The notes beneath the pieces are model-generated. The model was not told the origin of the DNA and did not search any database. It was given only the letters and a program-made list of their open reading frames with translations. A DNA stretch of 58,913 bases, filler included, from Sphacelaria rigidula (lineage: Eukaryota), in the NCBI GenBank assembly GCA_964200075.2. It is 7 parts of 7 records of this genome, joined end to end, with 100 filler letters (N's around TTAATTAATTAA, not from the genome) between each part and the next. Parts side by side here need not be neighbours in the genome. Positions count along the whole stretch, not along the records: positions 8,433 to 16,763 come from CAXNAA020011499.1; positions 16,864 to 25,194 come from CAXNAA020011500.1; 5 more parts are not named here. One strand, written 5' to 3'. This document shows positions 8,702 through 22,190 of this stretch, piece after piece. Both the position numbers and the translations under genes were made by a program. Position 1 is the stretch's first letter. Every line of letters starts with the position of its first letter.

Positions 8702-11700
8702 CTACACCCCCTGCACCTGAAAACAAGCAAGCACCTGGTTTGCACCGTTTTGATATAACGGAAACGGCGTTATTTATAAATACGTCTGTCGAGTCCAGAA
8801 CAGACCTCGGCAATACTCGGCGAAGAACCCAAGTATCCGAAACAACTGCAAGCAGGTATCCACTTTCATCTTCAATACGACACATATTTCGGCGAAACGT
8901 GCACTTTCACGCAGTACCCCTTCTCCCCTTCCGCCCCCGCGTCCTTCGACAAATACTTGCCCCGATTCGGCGATACCTTATATTTGGCCATTGCTTTAGC
9001 GCAACCTCAGTTTCAACCAACCACGCTCACCTGCCTCCGCATGATGTTGGAAACGTTTTCGAAGCTCGTTTTACCTTCGTCGGCTGCCTCGATCTACAGT
9101 ACGCCACCAGAAACGTGCCCAGCATATACGCGATGCATCGTGTGATATACCGTAGCGTACAGAAGCAGGAGGGGGTGAAGGATTGGTACAAGCGGAACAG
9201 AGTAGACCGGGTGGGGGCAGGGGGGCAGGGGGGTAGGAGGGGAGGACATGAGTGCTGCTACCTTATCATCACACAGCGGGGTGCTGTATTTCATCGTGAG
9301 GTACAAGAGGTGAGGATACAGCTTATCATCAGACAGTACCGAGGACACGATTTTGCCGATATACACCGGAGTTCCACCGGGCTGTGTACCGGGTATACCT
9401 CCTGAACGGTTTACGTTCTGATTTACAGATTCGCTGATTCATTTGCTTTGATTGATTGTTTTTTGCCAGGTGATCCGCTAAGAACCTCACCGTGGTCACC
9501 AGGCAGACGTACGTAACCAAGTAACCAAGATAGATTTTTGTAACACTCGCTCAAGGAGACTAGAGAAAGGCACACGATGAACACGAAAGGAGAGAGCGAG
9601 AGGAGTGACGCGGAGAGATGAATAATTAGGGCTAGGGCTAGGGCTAGGGCTAGGGCTAGGGCTGGGGCTAGGGTTGGGGTTTGCGGCACATGGGCAGGTG
9701 CCAGTGTGCCGTGGCACCTCAGGTGCCACATTGAGACCTTGGCCCATGCCAGTGAGCCGGCTCACTGGCACGTCCCACTACTACCTATACCACCGGTACC
9801 TGTACCAGGAGACGTGCCGGATGCCAATACCATGGGTACCGTGCACAATAATGGAGGGGCTCCGCCACTAGAACAACAATAGCAGTAACATTCCGCGAGA
9901 TATCTGAGATGTGCATGGTCGAAAATGTGGCTTAGTGTCACGCACTCGACCGTGTCTATCTTGCATTCCTTGTGGGTTGATACTGTTGTCTTTGCGCCAG
10001 CGGCGGCGGCTCTCCTACTGGCAGCTCTTAACGCAACAACCTCATCCTCGTGACTGAGATCGGAACCCTGACCCTAACCCCAAGGTGTTCTCCTCGCCAC
10101 GCCTCCCCCAACTCTTCCGCGCCCTTCTCGACCTCCATATGCCATTTTCTCACGTCCTTAGCGGCAGTGACAGATCTTGTGACTCTTTGGCCTCCACAGC
10201 GTAGATAGAGCACTTCCTCCTTACTCCCTTGCGTGAGATAGCCTCTCAGGCGCATACGATTCTCTATTGGGGCGGTCTCTCGAGTGTTTGAAAGGTCGAC
10301 CGGCCTCCTTAGGCCTGTGTTCGGCCAGCCGTCCGAACACGATCCGATTCGGAGCAAGTGCTCCGTCCTGTCGAACAAGGACCCTCACGAACCGAAGTTG
10401 GCGTTTGTGGGCGGTTCTCTCGATACGCTTGCCTTCGGTTATCTCGAGCACAGCTGTATAGAAAGAGTCTTTTGCCCATCGTGATCCCACTCGCGGAAGT
10501 CGACTGCTTGTAGTAAATGCTTGTGGTGGGCAGTGCCCAGGCTCTCGGAGTCTTCTGGGCGCAGCGTCCACGTAGGACAGCCGTACAGCATGTATCCTAC
10601 TACCGCCGCTTTGAGAAGCGGATTTTCAATGATAGCAACTATTATTTATTTATATTGTTTATTTTGTCGCACTTTGAACCCCTCTCCTTCCTCGGGACGA
10701 GTCCATGGTCACGGGAGATCAATTCATCTCTCCCCGGTACACGCCTTGCCTTTTGGTCTCGCGGATTGAATCATGGCCAGCACTCCCGCACCGCGTTTAC
10801 TCCCGTCAAACAAACTCAGTCAACTGCTTTCGGTTTACTCACGTACTCACGCTATCGACAGTGAAAATCAAGGTACTTCGAAGGGAAAATCCAATGCATC
10901 AGGATTCAAACCCTTCTTCTCTCCACCCCAATGACAGCAGTCGGACCATTTTGATGTACACCAGCGGGGCGCGGCGGCAGCAATACACAGCCTTAGTCCT
11001 TTAGGTCGTGGATACCAGGGTGATCAAATAAGCCCTATGAGGCTCTGGTTGTTCATGTCGGTACGCATGGTTTTTTGTCCCCGACAATGTGCAGGACAAG
11101 CGTGTTCGTGCGATGGTACTCCCCTCAATTTGTCGATGGCGAATCGACGGTGAACCAAACCAAGCGTCCCTACACGAAAAATGCACCCTGTGAACGTGAT
11201 TCATCGGGGGAGTTCGCTCGTGACCTCTTGTTTCTGAAGGGCTTGGGGTACAGTGAGTACAATTTCCGGAAAGGTATAATACCTGTAAGGGATACCGTAG
11301 TATGCGAGGAATGATACTTCCGGTGGTCCGTTGAACCTCGAGTTTCTCGCTACTTGAAGCCGCACTACCGGACGCCCTCGTACCTAGAGCGATCTCGACG
11401 AGATCTGCCCCAAAACACTGGTATCAGTACCACCAGCACCGTCATTCTCAACAACCGTTCCAGGTTGGAAGTTTCGTCACTGGAGGATTCTATTGTATAC
11501 CCCGTCGCTCGCGATCCTGCATTTGGTGCAACCCCAATCCGAGATATCATATCAATTTGGTATCTTCATTTGTGACATCGATATTCATCTAGAATACCCT
11601 TCTGGGATATCATATTATGTAAATCCATCTGATATATGGACATCATGGATGAATATTTCAGATTGATATCCTAGAGGAACATCTTAGATCAACGTTTATA

Positions 11701-14700
11701 TCATATCCCACACGGATTTCATATCCCAGGCGGAAGTCGCGGAGGGATTTGATTCCAGGTGGACATCCCAGATGAATGTGTGTGTTGTCGTCCCTTCTAT
11801 TCTGGACGCCGGTCTACACCTTTCGGTATATCTGGGCGCACCAGCCGGGGTCACGCAGGAGGAAGGTCACCACAGGATTTTTTTTCTTCTTTATTTGTTT
11901 TTAGTACCCCACCTTCCTTATGCGGTGCTTGCCTTTTGTTTTTGATCGCGAGAGGGGTTCAGCACACCCTTTCCCTCGTCGACCGTTACGTCGAATTTTG
12001 TGTACCCACGACATAGCCGCTCTTCATTGTTGTGCATGGTGCGTGAAAAAATCCCAAATGACTCCAAGATTTGTACCCACGACCCAACCGTCAGAGGGTT
12101 TCGAGGTTACCAACTGAGCCACCGGGGCGCACCAGCTTGAATGGTCATTAATATTTCAGGTGCATGTCCCAGATTGATTAAACATATCAGCTATACGTTG
12201 TGCGACAAATGATCGTGACAACATACCGGCTATGTTATCATAACCCTTTGTGGCGTGATTATGCAAGGCCCTCCTGTAGTCTACCGTGAGGTTTGTCGGG
12301 TGCCGCAGTGGTGTTCAGAATAGTGCGCCAGTACCTTTGGTTCTGACGCACACCTACGGTGTTCTCGATACCTTCACGGCGATCAACATCCTCCGCATGT
12401 CAGAGTCCCAGTCGAAGTCTCTGGTTCGTATGCGCTGCAGCAATTCATTATCGAGGCTTCTCCTCCGCAAGATGAATGCCTTCATGGCCGCCTTCAACTC
12501 CTCCTTGGCCTGCCATTGAAAACGGTGTAAACACGCGCGCTCTTGATACGACTTTTCGTTGCGTTTTCCGTGTCTATGATGAAACGTTCCTTCGACTTGC
12601 TCAAGCGAAAGTATAGATCCTGCAATGATAGGAGCAGACTGCGAACGAACGACCGTGCCAGCTGTTAGCGGTGGCCTAGTATTTAGGGGGGGGAGGGCAA
12701 GATTGCGTAAAGAAAAACTGATGGTCGCGTGAAAATCATACTTGAACAAACTATGTTCTTCGTGCGTTGACAGGGATGACCCAAAGCCTAGTATAGACGC
12801 CATCATATATCATTAATCGACAAGATCCAACGATAAGCATCACCGGTCACTCAACGTCGAATAAAGTCCGGCGTGTCCAACAAGTGGCTGCAGATACCTT
12901 GAGAAGTATCTCGAGGTTGATAATACAGAAAGCGTCGACGATGTGTTGAAGTTGGCAACGCGCGTATCCGAAGAGCACATTCTTTTACAGAGGCCAACCT
13001 CATCACAACATTCGAATACGCAATATGGACATTGCCAACTCTCATCACAGCGTCGACGTCGGAAGATCCGTCTCCAGGTATTCCGCTCCGTGAGTATGGC
13101 CTATCCGGTACCATTACGGATCAAACGGCTACGGGTACATCTCCGTGGCATTTCGGAACAACTTTGTACCTACAGTAGTGGGCGGTCTAACTATTTAGGG
13201 GTGTTTTGGGGGTTTTCCTCGCGTACGACTCTTTGATAGAACTCGAAATTGCTAGCGTCGGTAGATTTTAGTACAACAAAACAGATCATATTCGAAACAC
13301 AGTGCCCACGTCAGTCTCAGTTGGTGTTATCGGGCGAAACGCGTAAATACCCCCATTCATCAGGAGGGTGTTATCGACCGTGGAACACAGTTTTTCGGTC
13401 CTAGTGCACTGAGTATGGGCAGAATTTCAGAAAAATAAAACTGTACATTTTTTCACAAATATGATCGGGACGGGCTCGATCGATCGAAAATACAGGAGAG
13501 TAAGAATCTGGGCTGAAACGTGGCAGGACCCCCGATGACCGGTCAGCCCGCAAGTCACTCAATATTGAGTGCATATGATTTTTCCTTTTGGAATGTGGAG
13601 CGGATACAAATATCTTGAGATCCCCGATGTGATGAGAGGTGACAGGCGAAAAAAGCCCCCAAAAATAGCCAATTACGGAAAAATCACAAAATGCCACAAA
13701 ATGAATAGTTAGACCGCCCACTACTGCACACACACTTTCGAACGTCGAATGGGCGAGTCTACTGTCGGCGTATTTCACTAGGCCACTACACGGGGAAAAC
13801 TCTCACCGCCGAAGAAATTATAACAGGTGAGTCCGGTGGAGCTCTTCTCGCACTTTTGGGACCAACATGTCCCGTTGGTCGAGGCCCTCGCCGCCCTCCC
13901 GTTGCTGCTGGTGCAGATCTGGAGCACGACCAATTTGTAGCCACAGGAAGCGTTTGCGTTTTGGCAACACGCAAAACTTTGATGTAAAATGGTTGGTGAA
14001 AATAAATGTCAACTTTTGACGTCGAAGTGACTGAGGGAATGATTGCAGGAACAACTGAACTTTGATGCTACATTTAGCTAGCCACCACGGGTGGTCCTAG
14101 TGTACCCCTGAAGGCCGTCGAGTTCGCCCTGCCCCCTCCACACATTCGCATGTTAGCTATCGACGTGAAACCGACAGTCAGCCGTGGTGGCGACACTAAC
14201 TTCCTCCTTCTACTCGCGATGCAATAGGGGGAACATCCGTCGTTCGTAAGTAATCAGTTTGAGTAAAATACCAACTCCGAACCTGGAGGTTAAGGAGCCT
14301 CCGGCAGGGGGTGCCTTGCTTGATGCCGCTAGTCTTGACACACCGTTTTCGTGAATCTCTGATAACCTCAGCGCGGTATTGGGCACCCACAGAGTCTTTC
14401 TCGTCGCGGAGTGCGATGAATGTCCCTGGAAAAGCACATAAGGAAATCATTACGACGCCATTGTCCTCACAAAATAAGGCGAAGTAAAGTGGAAACTGCG
14501 GGTGATCGCTCATATGCGGCACGTGATGGTTTCGACACAGTATCGAGCATGTCATCGTGGAGGTACAGTCAGTCTCTCGTATAACTTTCGTGATGACGTG
14601 CCCGCAACCTATAGAACCCGACCCCCTTCGGGAGGTCCTCGAAGCCAACGCGCGTCGACATTAGATTTTGACCTTGTACCTCGACGCTCGGAGAGCGTTA

Positions 14701-16243
14701 CCATCTGGAAAGGTGGTCGAACTTGTTTTGATTTTGATATGTAGGCATCAAACCGCGGAGGGCTAATGTATCCCCCGCAAGGAGCTGCGCTGACATGAAC
14801 GTGTTGAGGCGAACACCCGCCATCGTGCCTCTGCTGCTGTGCTGAAATCGAAATTGGCGGGAAAAAAGGGGACGAGAATCGTTCTCTCTGATTATTGAAA
14901 AAAAGACAATCTGGTTCCACGCAGAGACGTCGCTATCCTCCACAACTTTGCTCAGCACTTACGCGGAAGAACGCTTTGAACACACCCGTGAGATGCTGAC
15001 GCGACAACGACCGCAGCGGTACGGACCGAACTGGCTGCAACGCACTTCTCCATACCAAACCAAAGACGGATGTGCCTGGCCATGAGTTTAGCCGTTTCTC
15101 CTTGACTTCTGCCGAAAAAGTCGAGTTTCAACTTTTGAAAGTACAGCAGCTACCCGCATATATATTACTACCCATGCTATAGACCATGCCGATGTGGAGC
15201 AAGACGGTGTTTCTCCCGTTCGCATCAACATCGCGAGCTCTAATCAATTTGGTCCTTTAGTGGACACTAGCGTATTCTATGACGCCCTCCGCGATACTTG
15301 TACATTGTTTTCGGGTCAAACTTTGGAGACCACGAAGGGAAACTTCTGTGGTAAATAACCATCAACTTTCCGGGCGGAATCAACTTGCTTGTATTTGTTC
15401 TATTTTGCAAAAACAAATGTATGCGTTTATTCTTCCTCCTTTGACTTTCCTCCTTCCCATCTTTCGGTGTGGCGTATGCGGCCCAAGGACTTTTGGATAA
15501 GACCAACATAACATCATAACGGGCAAATCGCGTACCCTGAGAAGTTTGCGTACTTTTACATTCCATACGGGCCAAGCTTACGACATGCAAAGAGTCGAAG
15601 GGAGTGGAGACATCGCTAACGTAGCTGTGTCGGGGGTACATCTTGCCATGTGCAATTGCCACAATAGTACATGTTTCTATATTGGGATCGGTCCGGCGTA
15701 GAGGCTCGTCAGTGCATTCTGCAAAGATCACTCCTGGCAACGCAAACCCAGCAAAGCATTGGCATTGTCATGTAGAGCGCTGCTGCACACCAAATCGGTT
15801 CACTCACGTAATGCTGGACACGTCCAAGCCAAGGGCTGGGATAGGGAGAACAGATGCGTTGAAAACTATTGCCGGCATCGGGATTGACAAAGTTTTCTCC
15901 TCTCGGCGTCCGGTACTCACCGAAATCCGCCGCCAACAATGCCATCCTTACCTCTTTTCCTCCGGCAGTATCTCCCCCATGTTCAGACACCACCGATCCA
16001 CCACCGCCAAGTCCAACCCCCCCTCCACTACCCCCGCCCCCAGCACCACTGCCATAGCTCCGACCCGCGCTAGGCCTGCTAGCACTGGCGCTACTTCGTT
16101 TTTTGGGTTTACCACCACAACTACTACGCCGTCGCCCGCCGCCGCTTCCCCCGCTTGCGCCGCCATTGTTGCTGTTAGCAAGGGTAGTCGTGAAGGAGCA
16201 TGTCGTGGAAACAGAGGGGCGATTTCGGTGGGCGGCACCTCCA
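8702..16243 (-). CDS. Multi-exon gene of unknown function, 5'-incomplete; exons 16243-15952, 14836-14702, 14425-14283, 13918-13807, 12509-12372, 9093-9031 and tentatively 8716-8702
   Basis: Exons have AG acceptors and GT donors and the phases chain without stops. A Gly/Ser low-complexity region is followed by the helical-looking AKEELKAAMKAFILRRRSLDNELLQRIRTRDFDWDSDMRRMLIAVK/IEAADEGKTSFENVSNIMRRQ/VQGV*. No recognisable domain. Confidence 0.55.
9626..9679 (+). repeat. Telomere-like (CTAGGG)n array
   Basis: ttaggg followed by repeated ctaggg units, degenerating to ctgggg/ttgggg. Confidence 0.85.
10040..10570 (-). mobile_element. RTE-like LINE ORF2 C-terminal remnant (intronic)
   Basis: IERTAHKRQLRFVRVLVRQDGALAPNRIVFGRL...GRPFK and KWHMEVEKGAEELGEAWR resemble the post-RT tail of RTE-clade elements; frameshifted. 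Confidence 0.7.
11777..12133 (-). mobile_element. tRNA-derived SINE copy
   Basis: Reverse-complement match to 2098-2463 including the A box and (CA)n tail. Confidence 0.85.
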
Positions 16244-16763
16244 CTGTGTAGGGGTTGTTGTTGGCGGAGGCAACGTGAAACTCGGCGAAGGTGCTGGTCG
16301 TCTATGCCTCGAAGCTGCAGAGAGGCGAGAGAACGGGTGGAAACGGGGGGAGAGCAGGGGTGACTCACCCAAGGCATTTGTATTCTGCTTCTCCTGTAGT
16401 GGGATTTTGTTACTCTTTCGACAAGTTCTTGATATGGATGCAGAAGAGATAGTTGTATTCACCCAAGACTCTCAAACTATTAGATATAAGCGGACTACCC
16501 GTATGGATGGGCTCTGGTCGAGGGAGTACGAGCAGTACCAAGTACCGCAAATATGCACTAATCCTTGAGGGGTTGGAGCTCAGGGCGACCAAAAGAGATT
16601 CGAACTGATCGATAGGTATTGTTTTCGTTTGCCAATATACTGGAAGCAAGTGTGTTGTTATGGCAGCAGGTTGCGTATTCTCAGCGTCCATGGGGCCATG
16701 CAAAGATGCTTTCATCCCTATTCCCTCTCTCAACCCCCCGTATATCTCCAGATGTTCTTCCTC

Positions 16764-16863
16764 NNNNNNNNNNNNNNNNNNNNNNNNNNNNNNNNNNNNN
16801 NNNNNNNTTAATTAATTAANNNNNNNNNNNNNNNNNNNNNNNNNNNNNNNNNNNNNNNNNNNN
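16764..16863. other. Artificial contig linker
   Basis: N44-TTAATTAATTAA-N44. Confidence 0.98.
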
Positions 16864-17495
16864 CCCCCCCTATCCGCCTCTTCCGGTATTTCTTTCCCTC
16901 TCTTGCCTACGTTCTTTCTCCCTCTTGTTATTATTCTGCATATCGAATATGTTTGAACCTGCTTTGCTGTACCGTGTCCTTGGGCTTCATCACTTCTGGA
17001 GTCTTCTTTTCTAGTACCTCCCCCTCTCTGTGCTCTTTCCTTCTGGTGTATGCAAGTCGCAGTTGGCGCCTCGCTTCCGTAGCGTCGATAGGTCAGAGCT
17101 CATACCCAAAATGGTGCAGCCAAAATATATGAGTCGCAATCTGTCCCCCACGGCTTGTAATTTTTAGCACGATCGGGTATGAAAGCGTGTGCTGTTGCGC
17201 ACGACCTTGTCCACTGGAAGCCATGTCGCAAAGGCCGACCGTTTCGAGTTATTTTTTTGTTTCATTTTTTTTCAGTCTTCGCCCTGTGTCTGTTCCGCCT
17301 TTTTGTTTCTCCACTTGCCTTCAGCGATTGTTTCTGTTTTGTTATACCTCGGGTACGTCCATCACATGGATAATGACCACGACTGGATCATGACTACTGG
17401 AGGATCAGTTGAGGTGCGACTATCAATCGATCGATCGAAAAATCAAACCGTATCCATTTTTTTTTTTTTTTGCATTTCGCTTGCGTCCCGTATAG

Positions 17496-20400
17496 ATCGA
17501 AGCGGTGGGCCACAACTACTTGGGCACGTTCTTCTCCGCGTGTGATGCGCTGCTGGCTCCGGGGGGTGTGTTAGTCATGCAGGCCATCACAACGCCTGAG
17601 AACCGCTACCAGGAGTACATCCGATCTACGGACTTCATCAACAGCATCATCTTTCCGGGTACGACACAATACCAGGCTACCCTTGAATCCTTTGACCGAA
17701 CATACTGATTGGTTCGGCGTCTTGTCCGCCTGGCATCCCAGCGAGATTCTGGAAAGTGTATATTTGCTATATTTTGATGTACACCCAACGGATTTGGACG
17801 GTTATGACGAGTTGCTCGAGAGAATGAACGTTGTGGTCGTACAGGCGATCGGCAGTTTTTTGCCATGGGTGAGGTTGGTGGGTGAGTGTCTCCGACTCAT
17901 TCATCTGCAATATTCTGATGTGTATGATGGCATTTTTGTAAGCGTGTGATCTCATGGTGATGTAGGCGCGATGACCGCTATCGTTTTCTGTACTGAGATG
18001 GCAACCCGCTACGAATGCGGGGCAATAACCTTTCTTATGTGGGCGTGTATTTCCGCTGTAACCAACTGTTCCGAAACTCCCAGTAAAACCGCCCTTTCAG
18101 CGTTCAAATGGTGGCCCTGGGAAGCATGGGATGAAACCCCGACTCTTTCTCGAAAAAAAAAAAAAATGTTCGAAATCTGACCGTTGGTGTTTTTGGCCAT
18201 TCCCACACCATGGACACAGGGGGGAGGAGTCCTTACAAGATCTCAATTTTTCAGTTCCCCTAAAATTTGGATTGGGAGAAAAATGCGTTAAATCCAGTTG
18301 ATTGAGTTGTCCGACGTAGTCAGACCTCTGCTACTGGAATTGGTCCACATGAGGGTACTTCACTAGATTGGGAGCAGAGACACACACTGTTTTCGAGATG
18401 TTGGTACTAGTTGACTTCGGGTCAGAAATATGGAACTGATGTGAAGATGACAAATTTTGAAATCGTTGGGGGACAGTGCCGCACTCAGGATTCGCACCTA
18501 CATTAGATCCCTCCGACAGCTAATGTAAGTGCTTGCAGAGGCCTTCACACTGCTTTGTTGTTTGATGTATCCATGCAAACGGACGTTTTGACAGAGGAAA
18601 GGCTCATTCAGTTTTTTTGTCGATTAGTCGATGGGTTGATTGTCGCACATTAAATGACCCCCCAAGACGCTAGCTGTGATCAGTGAACGGGAGATGGACG
18701 TTAACAGTGTGAATAAAGAACGGAAAGCCTCGCTCAAGGAGGCTCGAGACAGGAGCAGTAGTGGTATAGAGGGGGCGGGGTAAACAGAAGAAAGACAAAT
18801 GAAACGTGACAAAAAATATAAGAAACCGCACGCACTTGAGTAAGAAAAACAGGCCCTACGTTATGGTCATAATCCATTGCTGCTCCGGCATCTCACCTCG
18901 AACGTCCCCCGTTCTCCACGCGTGACCCAAATTGCCGTTGCCACAGGTAGGGGCACATGGTAGGTGATCAGGAATATTTATGTTGACGCGAGCCATCGGC
19001 CCGTCCTACTCGAGCCCTCGTGGTCGATGTTTTAAGATGTCCCACGGGGACTGGATCAGGTGTACGGTTGAGTATTGGTACAGAAGGATACGACGGTAAA
19101 TGTGCCCGTGGTTGCATCTTCAGGTGCTGTGCGAGGGCGTGTGTCCGATCGTTTGGCTCTTGAATCACTGGTTAGTCCGAAAAGGCTAGCTGGCAACATG
19201 GGTCCTAATTTCCGATACGGTACCACGTATCGGCTCTCGATACTTTGATAGTGTCCGCACCAATATCCAGCCGTCATCGGCAGCAGAGCGTTGTCTTGTG
19301 TACCTGTGATGCGTAAAAAACGCCGAGTTTAAATGACGGACTGGCAATGTTTCCTCACCAGGCTTGGAAGAACAAAAAGGAAGAGCATCATGCGACAAAA
19401 GTGCCTTCAGGGAAGAGAAAGGGTAACTCCAAGATACAGAGTACTGCCGTCAATCGCCCGCGCTGTCTTTGGCTATTGCTGATCGTCTGTTAGGTTCGTG
19501 CTGCCCGTCACTGAACGCTCTACTGGAGGCTATGGCGAAGAGCAGCGAGTTCTCCTTGGAAGGACTGGACAACATATGCTTGCACTACGCTCGCACGCTC
19601 AAGGAGTGGCGCCACCGCTTCAACCACAGCGTGAAGCAGGTAGATGTTGGGTATGACTACCGTGTCGTGTTTGCCCCCAGTATTCCTCGAGATGAAAATG
19701 CATGCAGCACTCGGCGGTAAACTAGTAAAGGGGAAGAAAAAAAAAGGTAAATTATTATAGTTACCCAAACAATACGAAACAGTATAAAACGAGTGTGTAT
19801 CCAGTAGAACCCTTCCACACGTCAGACAACTTATGAGCTACCTGAAATGAATAATCGAAGATGACTCTCAGACTCGTTGTCCACCACAAACTACATGGTA
19901 GCAGGGTCCGAGAAGCCAGGGCTTGACGTTTGACACTTTTTACGATAGCCCCCCCCCAAAAAAAAAAAGAAAAAAAAAGGCATGGTTTTGGGAGGCAAAA
20001 ATCTCCACGTAAATCAAAATGGGAAAAGCCGAACACAACGAGCAGATGGAAATTCCCACGCTTGGGTTCGTTCCAGCCATTATCCCCAATATGAGGCGCT
20101 TCATGCAGCCTGAACCCAAACATCAGGCGCTATATGGCACTTTTTTTCGTAACCCTTTTGGGCTGGTGTCGGGGGGGGGGGGGTATCGTAGAAAGTGTCG
20201 TTTACGTTACTCCGCATGCTCGACGTCTAGCGCTGCAGGGGGAAAATAGGAAGAAATGGACCACATGAACCAGCTCATGCGGTACACTGTAAGAAGTTTA
20301 TGTTCGGGTAGCGCATGAGCTGTCGGACGTGCGAATGCTTCGTCTACCATAGGCTGTCATCACCGGATGGCTCAATCGACTTCAGATCGGTATGCACTGA

Positions 20401-22190
20401 GCAGATTGCCCCGCCCAGTACGAATTATTTCTAGGCCGTCGAAATCAGCTGCGGTGCTGTTGAATTTCCTCTGTTCTTTTAATGGAGTAAACGATCTCGG
20501 CCCTGATTTGCTATTATGCCGACCGAATAGAACTGATGTCATGTGTGGGTTGATTATCGCACATTAACTGACCCTTGAGGAGCCATAATCCAGCAGCCGT
20601 GGTCATTATCCACATGATGAACTCACCAAAGGTGAACAAAAATCGGAACGTGGACCGACGTAAATTTGACAAGAAGGGAAATGTAAAAAAAATTGGTCGT
20701 CATTCTGGGATCCCGTCTACGCTCGCGAGATTATACGCAAATAATGTGACGATTGGATTTCACCTTTTCTGCAACAACCTTCGCGCACCGTGGACAAACA
20801 GGAGCTCACATGGTGGGAGCTCGTGTTCCTTTTCCTCGAATTCAACATTTTCTTTTGTTTCATCACAGGCCATTTTTGCCCCGACGTTCGTCTTCTCGTG
20901 GTTTTCGATCCTATTTTTCCCTTGAGCAGTGATTTCTACTCGCGTACGTGTACATGGATTTTGTTCGGCTTAACGTGAACTTGCAGTTTGAAAATTTCCC
21001 AAGTATGACACACGTTTGGAAAGAGAGACGATGATTAGTTTCCCGCAAACAAGTTTTGGTCGAAAATGTAAAGCATCTAGTTGTCCATGGGCAACAGTCG
21101 AATGATGAACCTATTCAACTAGCTTCCTGTCTATTGAAAGAAACCCGAACATACACTCGACGATGAACATTTTCGGTTACAATTATACATACGCTGGAAA
21201 GCCATGATTGGGCTGGGGTGACAATCGATTGATTAATTGATTGATTGTCGCACTTCAAGTGACCCCCCAGGAGTCATGATCCAGCCGTGGTCACATGACA
21301 GACATACCCAAGAAAATCAAAATTGAAACACTCGCTGAAGAAAAAGAAGGAATCGAAAAAAGTCGAACAGAACGACATAGTAGACTAAGACGTGCCGAAA
21401 AAGGAATAAAAAGTTGAGAAGAGCAAAGCGCAGAAAAAAATGGCCGGTCTGAAAAAAGGGGAAAAGCCCAAGGGGTTATAGGGCAGCAACGTAGATACTA
21501 ACACACGCCAGTGCGTACCGCAAAACCACCGACTGACGACACAATCAACAACCGATATGAGCAGACAGGAAAGATGACGTACTCACTTGCCCTATGCTGC
21601 GAACCAAGTTTGGAGTAGCAACCCGGTGCTTGACAGGCATTAACTACTGTTTGTTGACCGCACCCATTATGGGTACTTATCGTTCGAAGTTGTTCGTCCG
21701 GCAACTAGCTTCATGTATACAAATCTTATATGAGAAACCCATCCAGGTGGCTGTCTAACGAACAATCACGCCGCATAACCATTTGATCATTCCACCACCA
21801 GTTCGTGAGGCGTCACTATCGCCGTTGTCGAGGGTGTATATTATCGAAAAGTACTGTGGAAAGCCCAATTTGTTCACCATCACTATTCGCTTCCTCTCAA
21901 TTTTATTCGTAGTTCATTTCGGTCTTCCTTTCGACCCGTTTTTCCTTCTGTCTGTGCTGGTTTCCGTCTTCTGCAATTTTCTCCTTATACGTGGAAAACA
22001 ATCTGCCGTCATCGTCCAGGTGACGGAGCAAGGGTTCGATTCGGAGTTCGTGCGGGTCTTCAATTACTATTTTGCCTACTGTGAGGCCGGCTTCGTCTCT
22101 CGCACGGAGGGGTGTCTAATGCTTACGTTTTCTCGGCCAGGCACGGCGGCGCTAGACCCCAATGCCTTGACATCGGTGCTGACCCGTTGA
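17496..22190 (+). CDS. Cyclopropane-fatty-acyl-phospholipid synthase (SAM-dependent, CMAS family), last three exons 17496-17658, 19494-19639, 22020-22190
   Basis: Spliced product IEAVGHNYLGTFFSACDALLAPGGVLVMQAIT...DFINSIIFPG/SCCPSL...ICLHYARTLKEWRHRF.../GFDSEFVRVFNYYFAYCEAGF carries the hallmark CFA-synthase motifs; canonical splice sites with consistent phases. Confidence 0.93.
19932..20199. mobile_element. MITE with about 20-bp TIRs and 4-bp TSD (gttt)
   Basis: gacactttttacgatagccccc ... ggggtatcgtagaaagtgtc, flanked by gttt on both sides; inverted sister copy at 45672-45936. Confidence 0.8.
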
